DNA of 64,000 nt from NCBI GenBank assembly GCA_000165425.1, contig CT868319.1, forward strand, positions 372,001-436,000. Reading direction: 5' to 3'. Under the pieces are notes generated by a model. That model was given only the letters and a program-made list of their open reading frames with translations. It did no database searches and was not told the DNA's origin. The translations under genes were made by a program, and so were the position numbers. Below are positions 1-13,572 of the stretch, one piece after another; within the stretch, counting starts at the first letter, position 1; every line of letters begins with the position of its first letter. Origin of the DNA: Paramecium tetraurelia (lineage: Eukaryota).

Positions 1-3000
1 ACGAGCATTTCTATCCATCAGATTACGATATGCACGCTGATTCTACTTATGCATCTTTGCATTTGCCTTTTGTCACACACCCTCCTCCCTTTTTAGTTGT
101 GCAATTGCCTTCAGGATAGTAATCATAACATCCTTTTTCTGATTGAATAGTCGTATCAGCAGTGTCGCAACTTTTATCATAACAAATTCCATTCACCCAA
201 GCACACTCTAACTTACTAGCATTGAATTTACAGGCTTCTTCCACATAAGCATCTTGACATCTCCTGATTTCAATGCACCCGTTTCCATTCGTAGTACAGG
301 TAGAAAGGAATGCCTGACAATCAGAATGAGTTTTATAATTAACAGGGGCTAAGTCACAACTGATATCTTGACATTAGTTAACAAGTACACACTTTCCACT
401 CAGTCCCTATACACAGGCATCTGTGTATTTATATTGATCGCATGGTGTATAATTTATACATCCTTGCCCATTCGTAGTACAATTTCCATAATACTGACAT
501 TACTCATGAGTTGAAAAGTATTTGGGTGCATGATGACATTCTCTATTATAACAAGATCCATTCAACCAAATACACTTAGATTTATCTGTTTATGCAGTGC
601 AAGATGCTTCAATATTGTAAGATGAACAAGATTCGTAAATATCTAGACATTATCCTATTCCTGAAATCATTACCCATTGACATCCAGTGTAGCTCAATGT
701 TAACACACACTGTTTATTAGATGTGTAGGTAGAACACTTATCAGATAGAGATTAACAGCCAGCTCCACTTGCCTTTGCTGTACAAGTTGGTAAGTATTCA
801 ATACATAGATCATGATTGATATAAGTATTAGGAGCATTAGTGCATGCTCTATCTTCACATTTCATTTTAGAGGAATTCCATTGACATAATTTACTATCAT
901 CTATTTTAATGCATTGTCTATCGATTAAAATATCAGTGCATTTCGATGCTCTAATAATACAGCCAATTCCATCTGCTTACACAGTGCAAGTTGAAAGATA
1001 GGCTCTACATTATTCATCAGAGGTATAAATATCAGGAGCATTGGAACATGTTCTGTTTACACAACCTGCGTTCCATCCACATCTAGTACCATCAGATAAC
1101 ACTTAACATTAATTCTATGTTTATACTAAATCGCAAGATGTCTATTCAATAATACAACCTTAATTGGTCAATCCAAGAGTGCAAGTTTTGAGCCAACCTC
1201 TACAGCCTTCTTCTGTAATGATTGTCGTAGGGGCATCACTACAAACTCGATCTTAACATGCTGAAGCCGAGAGATTCCAACTGCACTTATTTTCACTAGC
1301 CTCCTTATCAGTCGCATAGATTGTTATCCTAGGACAATGATCTTAATCCAACGAGGCACAGGAAGTTGGTTATGTAATACATCCGTTTGCCTTAGCAACC
1401 GTACAATCTGATCTATAGGTTTTACAGAGAGCATCACTTGTATATAAGGTTTTGCTTGCATCAGTGCACAGAGCCACTCTGCAGTTGGAAGGATTGGCAT
1501 AGCCATTCCAGAAGCAAGTAACTCCTTTGGAAGTGATGCATTACTATTTAACCATTAAAGTACAATCTGAAGGTTCATCAACACAACCAGCTTAATCAGA
1601 TCTTACTGTGCAACTAGGTAGCCAGGTTTTACATTGGGCATCAGTCTGATATTTAGTTGGAGCATCAGCGCAAACTCTACCGCGACATTATAAAGCCTCA
1701 TCAACGATAGTACTATTGAATGAACAATAAGTTCCATTGATCAATTTAACATTCACACATTGTTTTTGATTTAGACCATTGCAAGATGCAGGTTTTTCAA
1801 TACATCCTAACTCAGGATCCCCAAGAGTACAGGAATCTTAGTAATTCTCACAGCTAGCAGAAGAGCCCTTAAAAGGACTATATTTGCAGGCTCTATCTTT
1901 ACAAGTTGGGTTTTAATTTTCAATGGTTGTATCCCAACTGCAATAACGATTGAAGCTCAAAATAGTTCCTTCACATTACTACATTTCTTTGATGTTTGAA
2001 CAAGTATTTAACATTTCAACACAACCCATCCCAACTTCACCAAGAGTGCATTAAATACTTAAAGCCTAGCATTTTGCATGAGTCATTTATGACGAGTTTT
2101 CATCAGTGCATCTGAAGTCTCTACAGAAATAGTTGTCAGTTGAAACATCGTAATAACATCTTGTCCCACTTATTAAAATGGTGTCTGCACATTATACTTA
2201 ATTCTTAATTTAATCACAGGATGAAAACTGAGCAACACAACCAGTCTAATCTGCATTCAATGTACATGTACTTAAATAAGAGTTACATGATTTATGTGTA
2301 TATAATTACCCTGAACCGGCAATTGGTGCATTCAAACAAGTTCTATTTTCACACCCATTCCAACCGCACATGACTATATTGTTTGGATCAGACACTAAAC
2401 GTCTACAAGCATCTTTGGTTTTGTACCCTTTGCATGATGTTGGCTCATTCACACATCCACTTCCTGTTGGACTTAGTGTACATGTAGCTAAGTATTGTCG
2501 ACAGCCCTCTTCAGTCTTTATGGATTAATCAGAATCTGAGCATTAACGATCTCTACACAAGGAATTATCATTATCCCAACTACAAGTTGATTTCATATCT
2601 ATAAGAACTACTCCAAAACAATGCTATTTGTTTAGCATCAATGAACAACCCAAAGGTTTTTTCATGCATGTACTTGAAAGATCAGCAACTGTACAGGAGG
2701 GATCGAAAGCACTACAAGTTTCATTCGTTTATGTTCCTGGTATAATATCTGAGCAATCCAAGATTCTACATACTTTATTATTCTCATTATCATCATTCCA
2801 ACTACATTTTGTCACATTATCACTTAACATTATACATTATTTTTCGCTCAATCTATCACATGATAGTGGTCTCTCAATACATCCTTTAAGTTATTAAGTG
2901 ACTGTGCAATCATTTAAAAAGGCTCTACATTCCGCATCTGTTTTATATGTCAATGGAGCATTAGCACAACTTCTTTATTAACACTATTATCCATAATAAC

Positions 3001-4429
3001 ATTTTTTATTTTGATAATCAAAGGTACAATTATCACCTGTTAAAATATTCTTGCATTCTTGTAAAACACATCCTTTATAAGTAGATTTGACCATACAAGT
3101 AGACGAGAACCTCTTACATTCCTAATCATTTGTAAAGTCTTCAGATGCATTACTGCAAAGTCTCTCAATACACACATTATTCTAAAATATACACAACTTT
3201 CCATTCAATTAAGATACACACTGTTATTCTTTGGCGAAGAGAGAACAAGAGGTCTTTTTCTTTTCACATCCAGTTAAGTCAATTTGAACAGTGCAAGTAG
3301 ATAAAAATTAAGAACACATTTCATCAGTAATATTAGTAGAGGGAGCATTCTCACAAGATTTTAATAAACACTTGCCCTCATTCCAAAAACATTCATCTCC
3401 TGTTAATGTCTAAACACATTGATTTGAAGCAGTGTATTTTGTACAATCACTTAATTTAGTCTAACAACCTATTCCTCCAGAATTAACAGTGCAAATACTC
3501 AACCATTGCTAACACATATCATGATTCTAATTATCATCAGATGCATTATCACAATTTTTATCTTCGCATTTTTTATTGTTCTTGTTCCAATAACACTTTT
3601 ATCCACCACTGTTAATTATACAATTATTCTAAAGATTCAATGCTGAACATTACACTGGTAAATCTTGGCATCCATTTAATGTATCATTAACTGTACAAGT
3701 GGCTAAATATGCTGTACATAAATCATGGGTTGTATTGGTTTGAAGTGCGTTTATACAAGTTTTATCTTTGCATATATTTGTATCCCAAATACACTTAGTT
3801 TTTTGATCTAGACTTGTAAAACAAGCTCCCTCAAATTTTTGATTTTCACATTTTTCTCCACTTACCTCACATCCACCACCGTTCTTCATTGTGCAGCTAC
3901 TGATCTATGCTCTACATAAACCATCAGAATTCAAAGTGTTTGGTAATAGATCACAACTTGTTGTCAATGAACATACCTTCTTATCAGTATTCCAATAACA
4001 AAATTTTCCAGTTTCATCCCTAACACAACTTATCTAATTTGTGTAATTACTACACTTATCCAATTCTATACACTATTCTCCATCTGTCGTACAACTCGTT
4101 GAGATGTTTTAGCATATTTCATTCGTATGGTATTGATATGTGCTGCATCCTGAGAAAGAAACGCATTTCTCAGAAACATTAGCACAACCTGGTGTACTCA
4201 TACATACTTCAATCCCTATCAATTCGCAATAATTAGTAGTCTTTAAAGTTAAATTGGAACACACATTATTGTTCCAATAGCATTTACGTTCTTTGCATTC
4301 TTTCTCAGTTAAAACTTAAGTGCAAGAACAAGTTGCATTAGAAACACTCAGAGTGGTTGGCTCTGCAGAAGTATTTTAAACGAGAATAAGCAAATATATC
4401 AAAATCAGAGATTGACCTAGGTCTTTCAT
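1..4429 (-). CDS. Paramecium surface antigen (immobilization-antigen family), Cys-periodic; 3' end beyond window
   Basis: Ciliate-code frame from ATG 4429: MKDLGQSLILIYLLILVQNTSAEPTTLSVSNATCSCTQVLTEKEC. Signal peptide, then >1400 aa of recurring Cys/Thr/Ala-rich periods with C-x-W-x(3-5)-C motifs; no obvious introns seen. Confidence 0.9.
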
Positions 4430-5289
4430 TCTTATTTTAAATTATGAAATATTCAATGATTGATTGCGATACATTATTATAATCTGTCATTTATATTTCT
4501 AATTATTGAAAAATCTAAATATTTAAAATCTATTATCAATTAATGAACTCCTAACCCAAATCCATTTATTATATAAGAAAATGTTCTGTGTTGTATGAGA
4601 AAACTAATTTAACCAAATTATAGGATTTACGAAAATATTCTGACATAATAATTGATATAAATAACTGTTGATAATTACTACCATTATTATTTTTAAAAAA
4701 ACAATTTCAATAGCTATTTATAAATAATGAACTTGAGAATTAATTTTCTTTTTCTCTTATATTTTGAATAATTGAGAGAAATTGTAAAATATATTTATTG
4801 TGAATGATGACCTCAATTTCAAAAATAATTAGAATATAATGAATATGTCTTTTGAGTTCCAACAAAGTTAAGAAATAATTTAAATTATAAATTTATCAAC
4901 TAATTTTTTTCAAATTCTCAATTAAATAAGAGAGAGAATTTATTCAGGAGTCATTAGGAATATCGAGACTTAATATTATCTATAGTTTTACATCTAGATT
5001 TAGATAATGTTGAAAAATATTCAATTTATTTTGTAAGGAAAATGTTAATAAAATTCAAAATAATTAAATCCTATGAAATCAATTGCTAAAGTCTTTTTAG
5101 TTCAACTTGAATTAGATTATAATTTCCAAAAGGAATAAAATTATTTTAATAACAAATCAAATTGTTTGGTGGATGGGGGGAGTAAATTATTAATTGATAA
5201 AAGAATATTAAAAAAAATATCTTGAGTTTTTTTTAGAAAACCATATAGTGTTTTTTTTTTGAAATTAGAAGATCTGAAAGATTTATAGA

Positions 5290-7261
5290 ATGTCGAAAAA
5301 GTCTAAATTTACGAAATTGTTAAGGTATCAAATATATTATTAAGCGATGAAGATTATGAATGGCTATATTCTATTTATAAACTAATATATTCTAAAGTAG
5401 TCTAGTAAAAATTAATTATTGCAAGTACCTAATATTAATTTCATAGGATTTCAAATCGTCTCACGTTAGTAAATTAAAACACTCTTTAGCTGTATCGTTG
5501 AATTTTGACGAAGGGAAACTTATCTCTATCATAAGAAAGTAGAGTCATATTCTTTGAAAATCTTATCAATATGAAATTTCTTTAATCTTAGATCTTTTGC
5601 GAATTATCTCATATCAAATAATATTAAGATTATTAGGACAATAATAGTTGATTGAAGTCAAGATAAGCATCTGAGTTATCATGGTAGAATATATAGAAAA
5701 TAAGTCAAAGAAAGTAGATATATTGTTATGCGATTGAAAAATAGAATTATATAAAAAATTATAGTAAATTATTAATTGTCTATTAATTATAATAATTATT
5801 TGTTAAATTTTAATAATAAAATTATACCAAATAATTGTGTAAAGTCATTTTTTTTAAAACTTCACACTGAATAGTGACAATACGAATTTGAATAAAAGTA
5901 GACCTATTACAATGGGACAATCTATTAATTAATAATAAATTGTTGGAAGATTTAAATTTAATCCTCGCTTTATTATAATGAATACAAGGAATCATATAAT
6001 GAATTTCAATTTTATATAATGATGTAAACTAAATAAATTATTATTATCATCAATATAGTTATCTGATTGAAATCTCAAATAACAAATAAATTAATTGAAA
6101 CTTTCATTGATTAAAGTGATAAAATGCAAGATCCTCTACCCAACCTCCTATTTTTTTGAAAAAATAGATTTCCAAACAATATAGCTTTTAACATTCTTAT
6201 GGAAGTCAAAGCAAAATGTTATTGATATTGCCTAACTAGAAAAGTACCCCACATGTTGATAAAAGCCTTTTTTTTAAACAAAGCCCATAAATTTCCAAAC
6301 TAGAGAGTAGAGAAAATTACTATTAAAACAATAAAGATCAATTTTTCAATCAGCTGCATGTAAGGAAGAATAATCTTGATGTCATTTCTGCATTTGAAAT
6401 TAAGATTTGGGAAAGTCTTATAGATTAAATAACTATTACTAAAAATTCACAAATTCATTTCATATTTAATCTTGATACTTTTTAAGGAGTTTTAAGAGAA
6501 AATCTTTACACTAAAGTAGTCTATTTGGGTAATGAAGTTAATGCACTCTTTGAAGTATTTGTTGAGAATGTGCGTAAACCATTGGATATGTTTAAGGTTT
6601 TTATTCCCATCAGGTTGAATGAGAGTTAGAACTTTTAACTTTATCTAAGAATTACTTTATTTGAAGAACCAAAGGTAGTTAATTTTAATTTAATGCTGCG
6701 CAAGGTTCTGCATAGTTATTATTATGATGAGAGAAGGAATCTATAAAATCATAAGATTAGGGATTTCTAACTAGATTCATATGAATTCATATAATCGGAT
6801 ATTTAAAAGTGTTCAGTTTATATGTTGAATAAGTTGAAAAAGTAATTGAAATAGAATCCAAGCACATTTGCCGTTTAAGATGTTTTGGGGGATGAAAAAT
6901 GTCCTTAAGTAATTAAAGTTAACGCTAATTATAAGTAATATGCTGAATTTAAAGTATGTCTTAATTAATATAATAGTAATATTAATATGTATTATTGAAG
7001 AGATAGATTTTTACAATGAGACCAACCCAAACCTATGTTTCAATTTTTTACTAAGAAATAGGAAAAAGTTTCATTTATATTTTTCAAGTATGAAAAATTG
7101 TAAGAATGTCACAATAAAATACTCTCTAATAGAAATTTAGTTATGTGTTCCTAGCGCAATCAGTTTTTTTAAATTTGGGATTGCGTCAGGAATTAGGGAA
7201 TAGAATATATAAGAGTTTCAAAAATAGACTATTAATTTCTACTTATTAATAATTGCTATGA
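5290..7261 (+). CDS. hypothetical protein (intron-containing; boundaries approximate)
   Basis: ATG 5290 (MSKKSKFTKLL), 20-nt GT..AG intron, long TAR-rich frames, plausible end ...ISTYQQLL-TGA 7261. No domain recognised. Confidence 0.55.
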
Positions 7262-7286
7262 ATTTTATTATTTTTTTTAATATACT

Positions 7287-8704
7287 ATGTAATAATAAGA
7301 CGATATTGAAATATAAAAAGAAGTGACCAAACCAAAAAATAAGGTTAAGAAAAGCAAAGAACGATTAATTATAAATGTTTCCAGTACAAATGACCAAGAT
7401 AACTTTTTTAGGTTCTTAATACCCTGTGATTCGGTATGTTGGTAAAAAGATGTTAGATTGGAAAATTTAGAAAGACGAGAATGCTACAAATTGGGATGTT
7501 TGGTGGACTGATGGAGCCGTATTCTCAGATCTTTTGGGGAGAATGAACGGTAATCAATTAATCAAACCATTTAGCCCATCAAAAAGTTAACCATTTCCCT
7601 GGAATGTATAGTTTAGCTCGTAAAAATCATCTGGGAAGGAACTTAATGAAGATGCATAAATAGTTTCCTTAAGCATATAATTACTTCCCTTACACTTGGT
7701 TATTGCCAGCAGAATTAAGTGATTTCAGAGCAAATATTGGCAAGAATAAAACTTTTATCATCAAGCCTGAGGCTTCATGCCAAGGCAAGGGGATTATGCT
7801 GGTTAAGGATTCAGAAGGCCTTTCAATTCATGAACATTATGTTGCTTAAAGATTACTTGAGCAATCCTTTATTTGATTGATGGTTTAAAATTCGATCTTA
7901 GAATCTAATGTATTATTGGCTGGGTTGCGATCCTTTAAGAATTTATATCTTTAAAGAAGGTCTTGCTAGATTTGCAACAGAATAATACAAGAAAACCTGG
8001 TAAAGACAATTTGGATAATATCTGTATGCATCTCACAAATTATGCTGTGAATAAGGATAACGAAAATTTTGTATTTAATTAGAGTGATTAATAAATGGAT
8101 GTCGGTCATAAGAGAAGTATGACAAGTGTTTTTGAATTGCTCAGAAGTAAAGGTGAGAATGTTGATTTGTTATGGAATACAATCAAAAAGATGATGATTA
8201 AGACATTCTGTGCCGTATAGCCAATTCTAGCTCATTAATATAAATCTTGTCAACCTAATAATCATATGAACAATATGTGTTTCGAAGTTTTAGGCATGGA
8301 TGTCATCTTGGATCATAAGTTAAAACCATATTTATTAGAAGTTAACCATTCCCCTAGTTTTACAACAGACACTCCTTTGGATGCAACCATAAAAAGGTCT
8401 TTGATTTCATAGTCTTTGATTTTAATGAATTGTACTTGGAAAGCTAAACAGGAAATTATAAATTAAGAAAGACAAATACTGTAATAAAGAATGTTGACAA
8501 ATAAACCAGTCAGATTAACATTTGAGGAGAGGCAAAAACTAATAAAGTAATGTTAAGAGATGAGAGATTAGTATGAGAATTAGAATATAGGAAATTTTGA
8601 AAAAGTTTATCCATTAGAATAATATGAGGAAGAGTATGATAAATTTATAGAGTATGCAGGGTAATTATACTAAGAATCAACAGGAGCAAGTAAAGCTTTA
8701 AAAC

Positions 8705-8742
<38 letters not shown>

Positions 8743-9117
8743 TAATAATAATAATAATAACAATAATCAACTAAAAGAATTGAAAAACCTGATCTCAAAT
8801 CAGAATTCAATTTAAGAACTTTAGAATATAAATCAGAATCTAAAATTTTAGAACAAAAAACAGAATTTGTTAGATTGAAAAGTGAAAAATCCTCTGGTAT
8901 GAAAAGAATTTTAAAAAAGGAGTATTCAACAGCTCTTTTAGCTGATGAAGTTATCAGAAACATTAAATTTACTGGTTTGAAACCTCAATAGAAAGCTTTA
9001 TTAAAGTAGGAATCTGTGAGGAAGAACTTTAAACTTCCTGTTAGCTAAGGTACTTTTGTCACACCAAAATTATTTATGATTAATGAAAACAATAAAAATG
9101 GCAATAATCCCTTTTGA
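7287..9117 (+). CDS. tubulin polyglutamylase, TTLL6/TTLL13-like (apparent frameshifts at ~7845-7996)
   Basis: TTL motifs [87 protein letters not shown]; introns at 7384-7411 and ~7549-7573. Confidence 0.92.
7384..7411 (+). other. representative tiny spliceosomal intron (28 nt)
   Basis: GTACAAATGACCAAGATAACTTTTTTAG; its removal restores the TTLL frame. Dozens of similar 20-31 nt introns occur across the window. Confidence 0.85.
8704..8766 (+). repeat. (TAA/CAA)21 trinucleotide run encoding poly-Gln inside the TTLL C-terminus
   Basis: Direct read: 21 in-frame TAA/CAA codons between ...KALK and STKRIEK. Confidence 0.9.
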
Positions 9118-9197
9118 TGGGTTTCATTTAATTAATTATTATATTTGCTAAATTTATAAAATTAAAATGAGATATAATTCAAAAATAAAATAAAATA

Positions 9198-11780
9198 TCA
9201 AATTTTTAATTCAGTGATTACTTCAGTAATGAGATGATTGAATATTAATTCACTCAACTCCAATGCTACTTCAGTGTGTTCTTCATCAAATTCCTACCAT
9301 CTATCATCTGTTTCGAATATCTACATATAATGAATAGCTTATTTACTTCCTACTTTAACATCTTATCTAATCTTTCTTCTCTAACTTGTGGCAAGATGTC
9401 GTTATCCACTTAACTACCTTATGGTAATAGTATACCACTTAGAGTCTCAGCCCATTGCATAACCCTTATTGCCGATTTCTCAAGCGTATCTTCAACAGAG
9501 CTTACTTGCCTATATATCACATTCTTCCTCCAAGGCAATGGTCTTCCTTTAATACCAAAAGGCCGGTGATAATCCAATGCCTCATTGAAAGCATCAAAAA
9601 TAGCTTTGTTGTGTATTCTCTCCATCTCATTGACACAAACTTCTTCTGTTCCCACCTTCTCCTTAATTGAAAATATATCCAAATTCAACACTGCCTAATG
9701 TATGAATCCTCCATCTAAGGATTGTTCCAGCATTTCTTCAGTTAATCTGAAGAATCTTAAGATTTCAAAGGGAGATGGGCCAATACTTAAATTGATAATT
9801 TATAAGAATTGATTCTGATATTGATTTTTAACTATTAATTTGATGTCCTCTAAATATTGTTTAACATAGCCAACATGAGTCTATACATACTGCAGATTCT
9901 CAACTTGTCCCTACTCTTCCGTTTCTATTGGAACATCCCTTACTAAGGTAATATATTACTTCTAGACCTTGGATGTATGATGACAAAGTCTTATTTGATT
10001 AATTTGAATTGTATGATGCTAATTACTATTCTTAATTATCCAACTACTCCGAATGTTAAAGTGGCTTCTTCTTTTAATCTATGAGATTTTCCTCAGAATA
10101 GCTAGCCCTTAATAACTATAAATCATTCATAACAATTACATTAATTTTTAAATCGTTAAGTTAATTCTTCAGCAGATTACTTTGACTAACACTAACTGGC
10201 ATCATCTTGCTAAAATGATCATCTCCTAATTTCTACACAAACCTTAAGTCCTTTTGAGTCTTTTGAATTGTTTCGTAGGCTTTAAACCATCCATCCTTGA
10301 TTGCTTATTTGCTGATTTCCAATGCTTCCAATTCTTTTTCCCCCCACTTCTAAATTTCTTGCTCCTTCAAACCAAAGGAGCGAGGAGAGATCCTCTCTAA
10401 AACAAGGAGATCCTTCAAGATCTACTTTTCTTTCTTTTCTCTTTCCTTAATCAATTCGCCTCTAAGATATAGGATTTGTCCGATTTGTGGAGGAAAAACT
10501 TCGGATTTTTCTATGATCAACTTCTAAGGTTTCAATTTGATTTGAGGTTATTCAATAGTATTTGATAGTACATTTTCTTTGTTGAAATCGGCATATCTAA
10601 TTAAACTCTCAATCAAATCTGCCAACACAACCATATCTTACTTGACTTATAGATTTTATAGGAATGCTTTTAGATTATCCCATCTTACCATTTCAGAGTC
10701 TTTCATTTATTAGAATTACTATATTTTGAGTAGCTTCTTCTATTTCTTCTTCAACCAAAGTTTACGAGCTTTGAATCCTTTAAACCATCTCTAGATGCAT
10801 TTGGCTGCTTATTCTTTCATTTCGTGTTCGTAGTTTCTAGATTCTCTCAATGATATAACATCACTATTACTCTTTAAAGTTTTATATCGAGCCTCCAATT
10901 ACTTAAATTGTTCCTTCAAAGATTTAGGGACTCCCGATTTCCGTGAAGTACTTTTGCGATTAGCCACATAACTTAACATAAGTGGTTTTGCACTAACTTT
11001 ATTTGTACTGTCTCTCGGGGGTGATCTACTATTTGAAAGAGAATTTCTTTTTGCAATTTCAGCCAAAGAACGCAGATTCTCATCAATGTGCTTTTTCTTT
11101 TCTAACATGGATTGTTGCTTAATTGAATCTAATTGTGAGTAGAACTTCTTTTTCTCCTTCATGTAATGCTTTAATTCATGAGGAAAGCGATGTTTCTCAG
11201 GAGTGAGCGGAGGATGATGTGATTGTTCTATTGATGACATCCTATTACCTAACGCTATAGAATCATTAAAATACGCTCTAAAATTTAATCAATTCTCTTA
11301 GTGCCTATTTTATTTAAAAAACTGAGTCCTAGACGTTCACGATGATCTAAGAGAGTGTTAGGCTTTTCATTAAAAAAAGTAGCTGCCTTCTTACGACGCA
11401 CATACTCTGGAGACGAGAACTCCAAGGTTTGGCTCTTAACTCTTTCAGCACTAACACTCTTTTTAATTTTCGTAGATTTCTTTTTTTTCTTGTACAACTG
11501 CTGACTCTTCTTGATGGCAGCATGGCGATCTAGTGACTTTTTTTTTTTTTATCTTTTCCGTACTCTTTGCAACTTTAAGTTCACTTTGGCACTGCTGCAT
11601 ATGCGATTTCAGGTTCTCATACTACATTATTTAAATTTTAGCAACCACACTAGTATCCATATCTCTCCCAGAAGGACCTATGATCTCCACCTCTGACGCT
11701 GTCTTCTTTTTAAGAACTTTCCCAGTCAACTTAATCTGGTTTGAAATGCGTCGACCTTTGATTGGCGAGTTGTTTTACAT
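9198..11780 (-). CDS. IQ-motif, coiled-coil protein with C-terminal DUF4378-like domain
   Basis: IQ motif AAKCIQRWFKGFKARKLW (~10755-10808). C-terminal HNKAIFDAFNEALD..RP.G..G.PLPW and DRWQEFDEEHTEVALELSELIFNHLITEVITEL resemble DUF4378 ends. Confidence 0.75.
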
Positions 11781-12170
11781 TAAATTTAATTAACAGTCAA
11801 GTTTTCAATATATTTTATTAATGACTCAATTCTAAAAAATTATTCATTCAAATTGGTTCTCATATCAGAAGAGACTTAAAAGTCATACTTAATACTTTCT
11901 ACATATTGAGTTATGAGAATTTATTGTTGGTTATTCTATAGATTTGACTATGTTGAAAATATATACAATTTTATCATCTCCCTGTTTTCATTCATCTCTG
12001 TTAAAGGGAGAGTTCTCAAATACTCCAATTTACGTTATCATATGTAAACTTCTCAGTAACTGAGTGTGTATCTTAATTGTAGGGTTTTATTGGTATTACT
12101 TTCAATTTAAAAAGATTAATCCATAAATTATTACATTTGTTGAATGAATTCATTTAATTATAAAATAACT

Positions 12171-13124
12171 ATGTTATGGATTTTAGCATTAATGCAGATG
12201 GCTTATGGAATACCTTGTGGATACACATTAGATCAAAATAACTTACCCATAGAAACAGATAAGGAGCCATGGATTAATGAAAATATGAGTGCATGTCAAT
12301 TCTATGATAAATCTCCTGTTTGTTGCACTCAATCATAAGATGAAGGAATTGGAAACGATTTTGTCTCTTTGGATGCCACTTTCGGAAGTGATGGCGATGG
12401 GTGTGATATGTACAAATCAAAACAAGTACAATAGATGTGCAGCCAACATGAAAAGATTTTGGTGTGCATATTCATGTGATCCAAGATAGGGGGAATTTCT
12501 TAAAATTACTGGAAGAGCTAATGTCACTGACCCAAGGAATCCCAATCGAACCATTGATGTACAGACTGTAACTTTGCGTATTCATCCCTCAGTGGCATGT
12601 GTACATATATTTCATTAAAATAAGGATGTATTTTCTTCTTGTCAACGCACAAACTTTGCTTCTTAGGTCAGTGCCATGTAAACACCTGGTGGATTCTTTA
12701 CTTTCTAGGCTGAATAAGGAGTGTATGAGCATTTCTATAAATCCTTAGATCGACATCTCTTTAATTGATCGCTATTGAATTTTCGGAATAAGATTCTTTG
12801 CTCATGCCTAATATCGACAATTGTAATCAAACATTTGAAATCGCTGATGATGGTAAATTCTATGATCCATACCAATTTGAAATCAAAAAACCTTGTGGTT
12901 GTAATACTTGTGAAGACTCTTGCGATTCCCAGAAAGTTTTATATCAAGAACCAGGTTCTATTCAATATTTATGAGTAGGAGTCTTTTATGGATTTGATTG
13001 GCAATATGTATTGTTTGCTTGGGGTTGGGCAATTTTATTTGCGATTGGCTTCACTCTTTATAGATAATGCAAGAGAAAGAATGCTGTTATTTTATAAGAG
13101 GAGGGAGACTCTATTTATATTTGA
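12171..13124 (+). CDS. stand-alone NPC1 N-terminal (sterol-binding) domain protein with one TM helix
   Basis: Signal peptide; VCCTQSQ...CDICAANMKRFWCAYSCDPRQGEFL, DVFSSC and PCGCNTCEDSC follow the NPC1-NTD Cys pattern; TM YVLFAWGWAILFAIGFTLY; four tiny introns; TGA 13122-13124. Confidence 0.8.
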
Positions 13125-13572
13125 TTATAATTCATATCAATATTTGTAAAAAATAATTGGGCTGTTTGGGTTGATATTAGACAATATAAACTTATTGTGG
13201 AACAAATGAGCATCACTCATTTAAATATAATATTTCTAATTGAAGATAGGATATTTATAAAAGAATATAGAATATTTAAATTTTGATATAATATTATAAT
13301 GGTTATTCTAATATTCTTATCAAACTAATGAGTATTTATTAAATTCTGAATACTAGTTCAATATTACACATTAGGAAACCATACGTTGCTAGATAGAAAG
13401 GAAACATTCAAATAATTTATAAAATAATGATATGGTAAAAATTCGGAATTAAACAGACATACTCTTAAATTAGTAAGTTCCTCATTTGAATATCTGAAAT
13501 CCTAAGATGAAACTCTTATCAAAAATAAATCATATTTATTTTTATTTTATATAATATAATTATACAATAAAT

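Noticed and set aside
1..4429. Periodic sequence considered as a CRISPR array or satellite
   Set aside because: The periodicity is at the protein level (Cys spacing); there are no identical direct repeats with unique spacers, and the DNA is eukaryotic.
8670..8963. ORF-track protein with a poly-Tyr run on the minus strand
   Set aside because: It is the antisense reading of the TAA-encoded poly-Gln tract of the TTLL gene.
11975..12065. Short hairpins (TCTCCCT...AGGGAGA; CTCAG-TAA-CTGAG) as a possible snoRNA or other ncRNA
   Set aside because: Stems are only 5-7 bp, with no convincing H/ACA or C/D boxes; cannot be supported without a covariance-model search.
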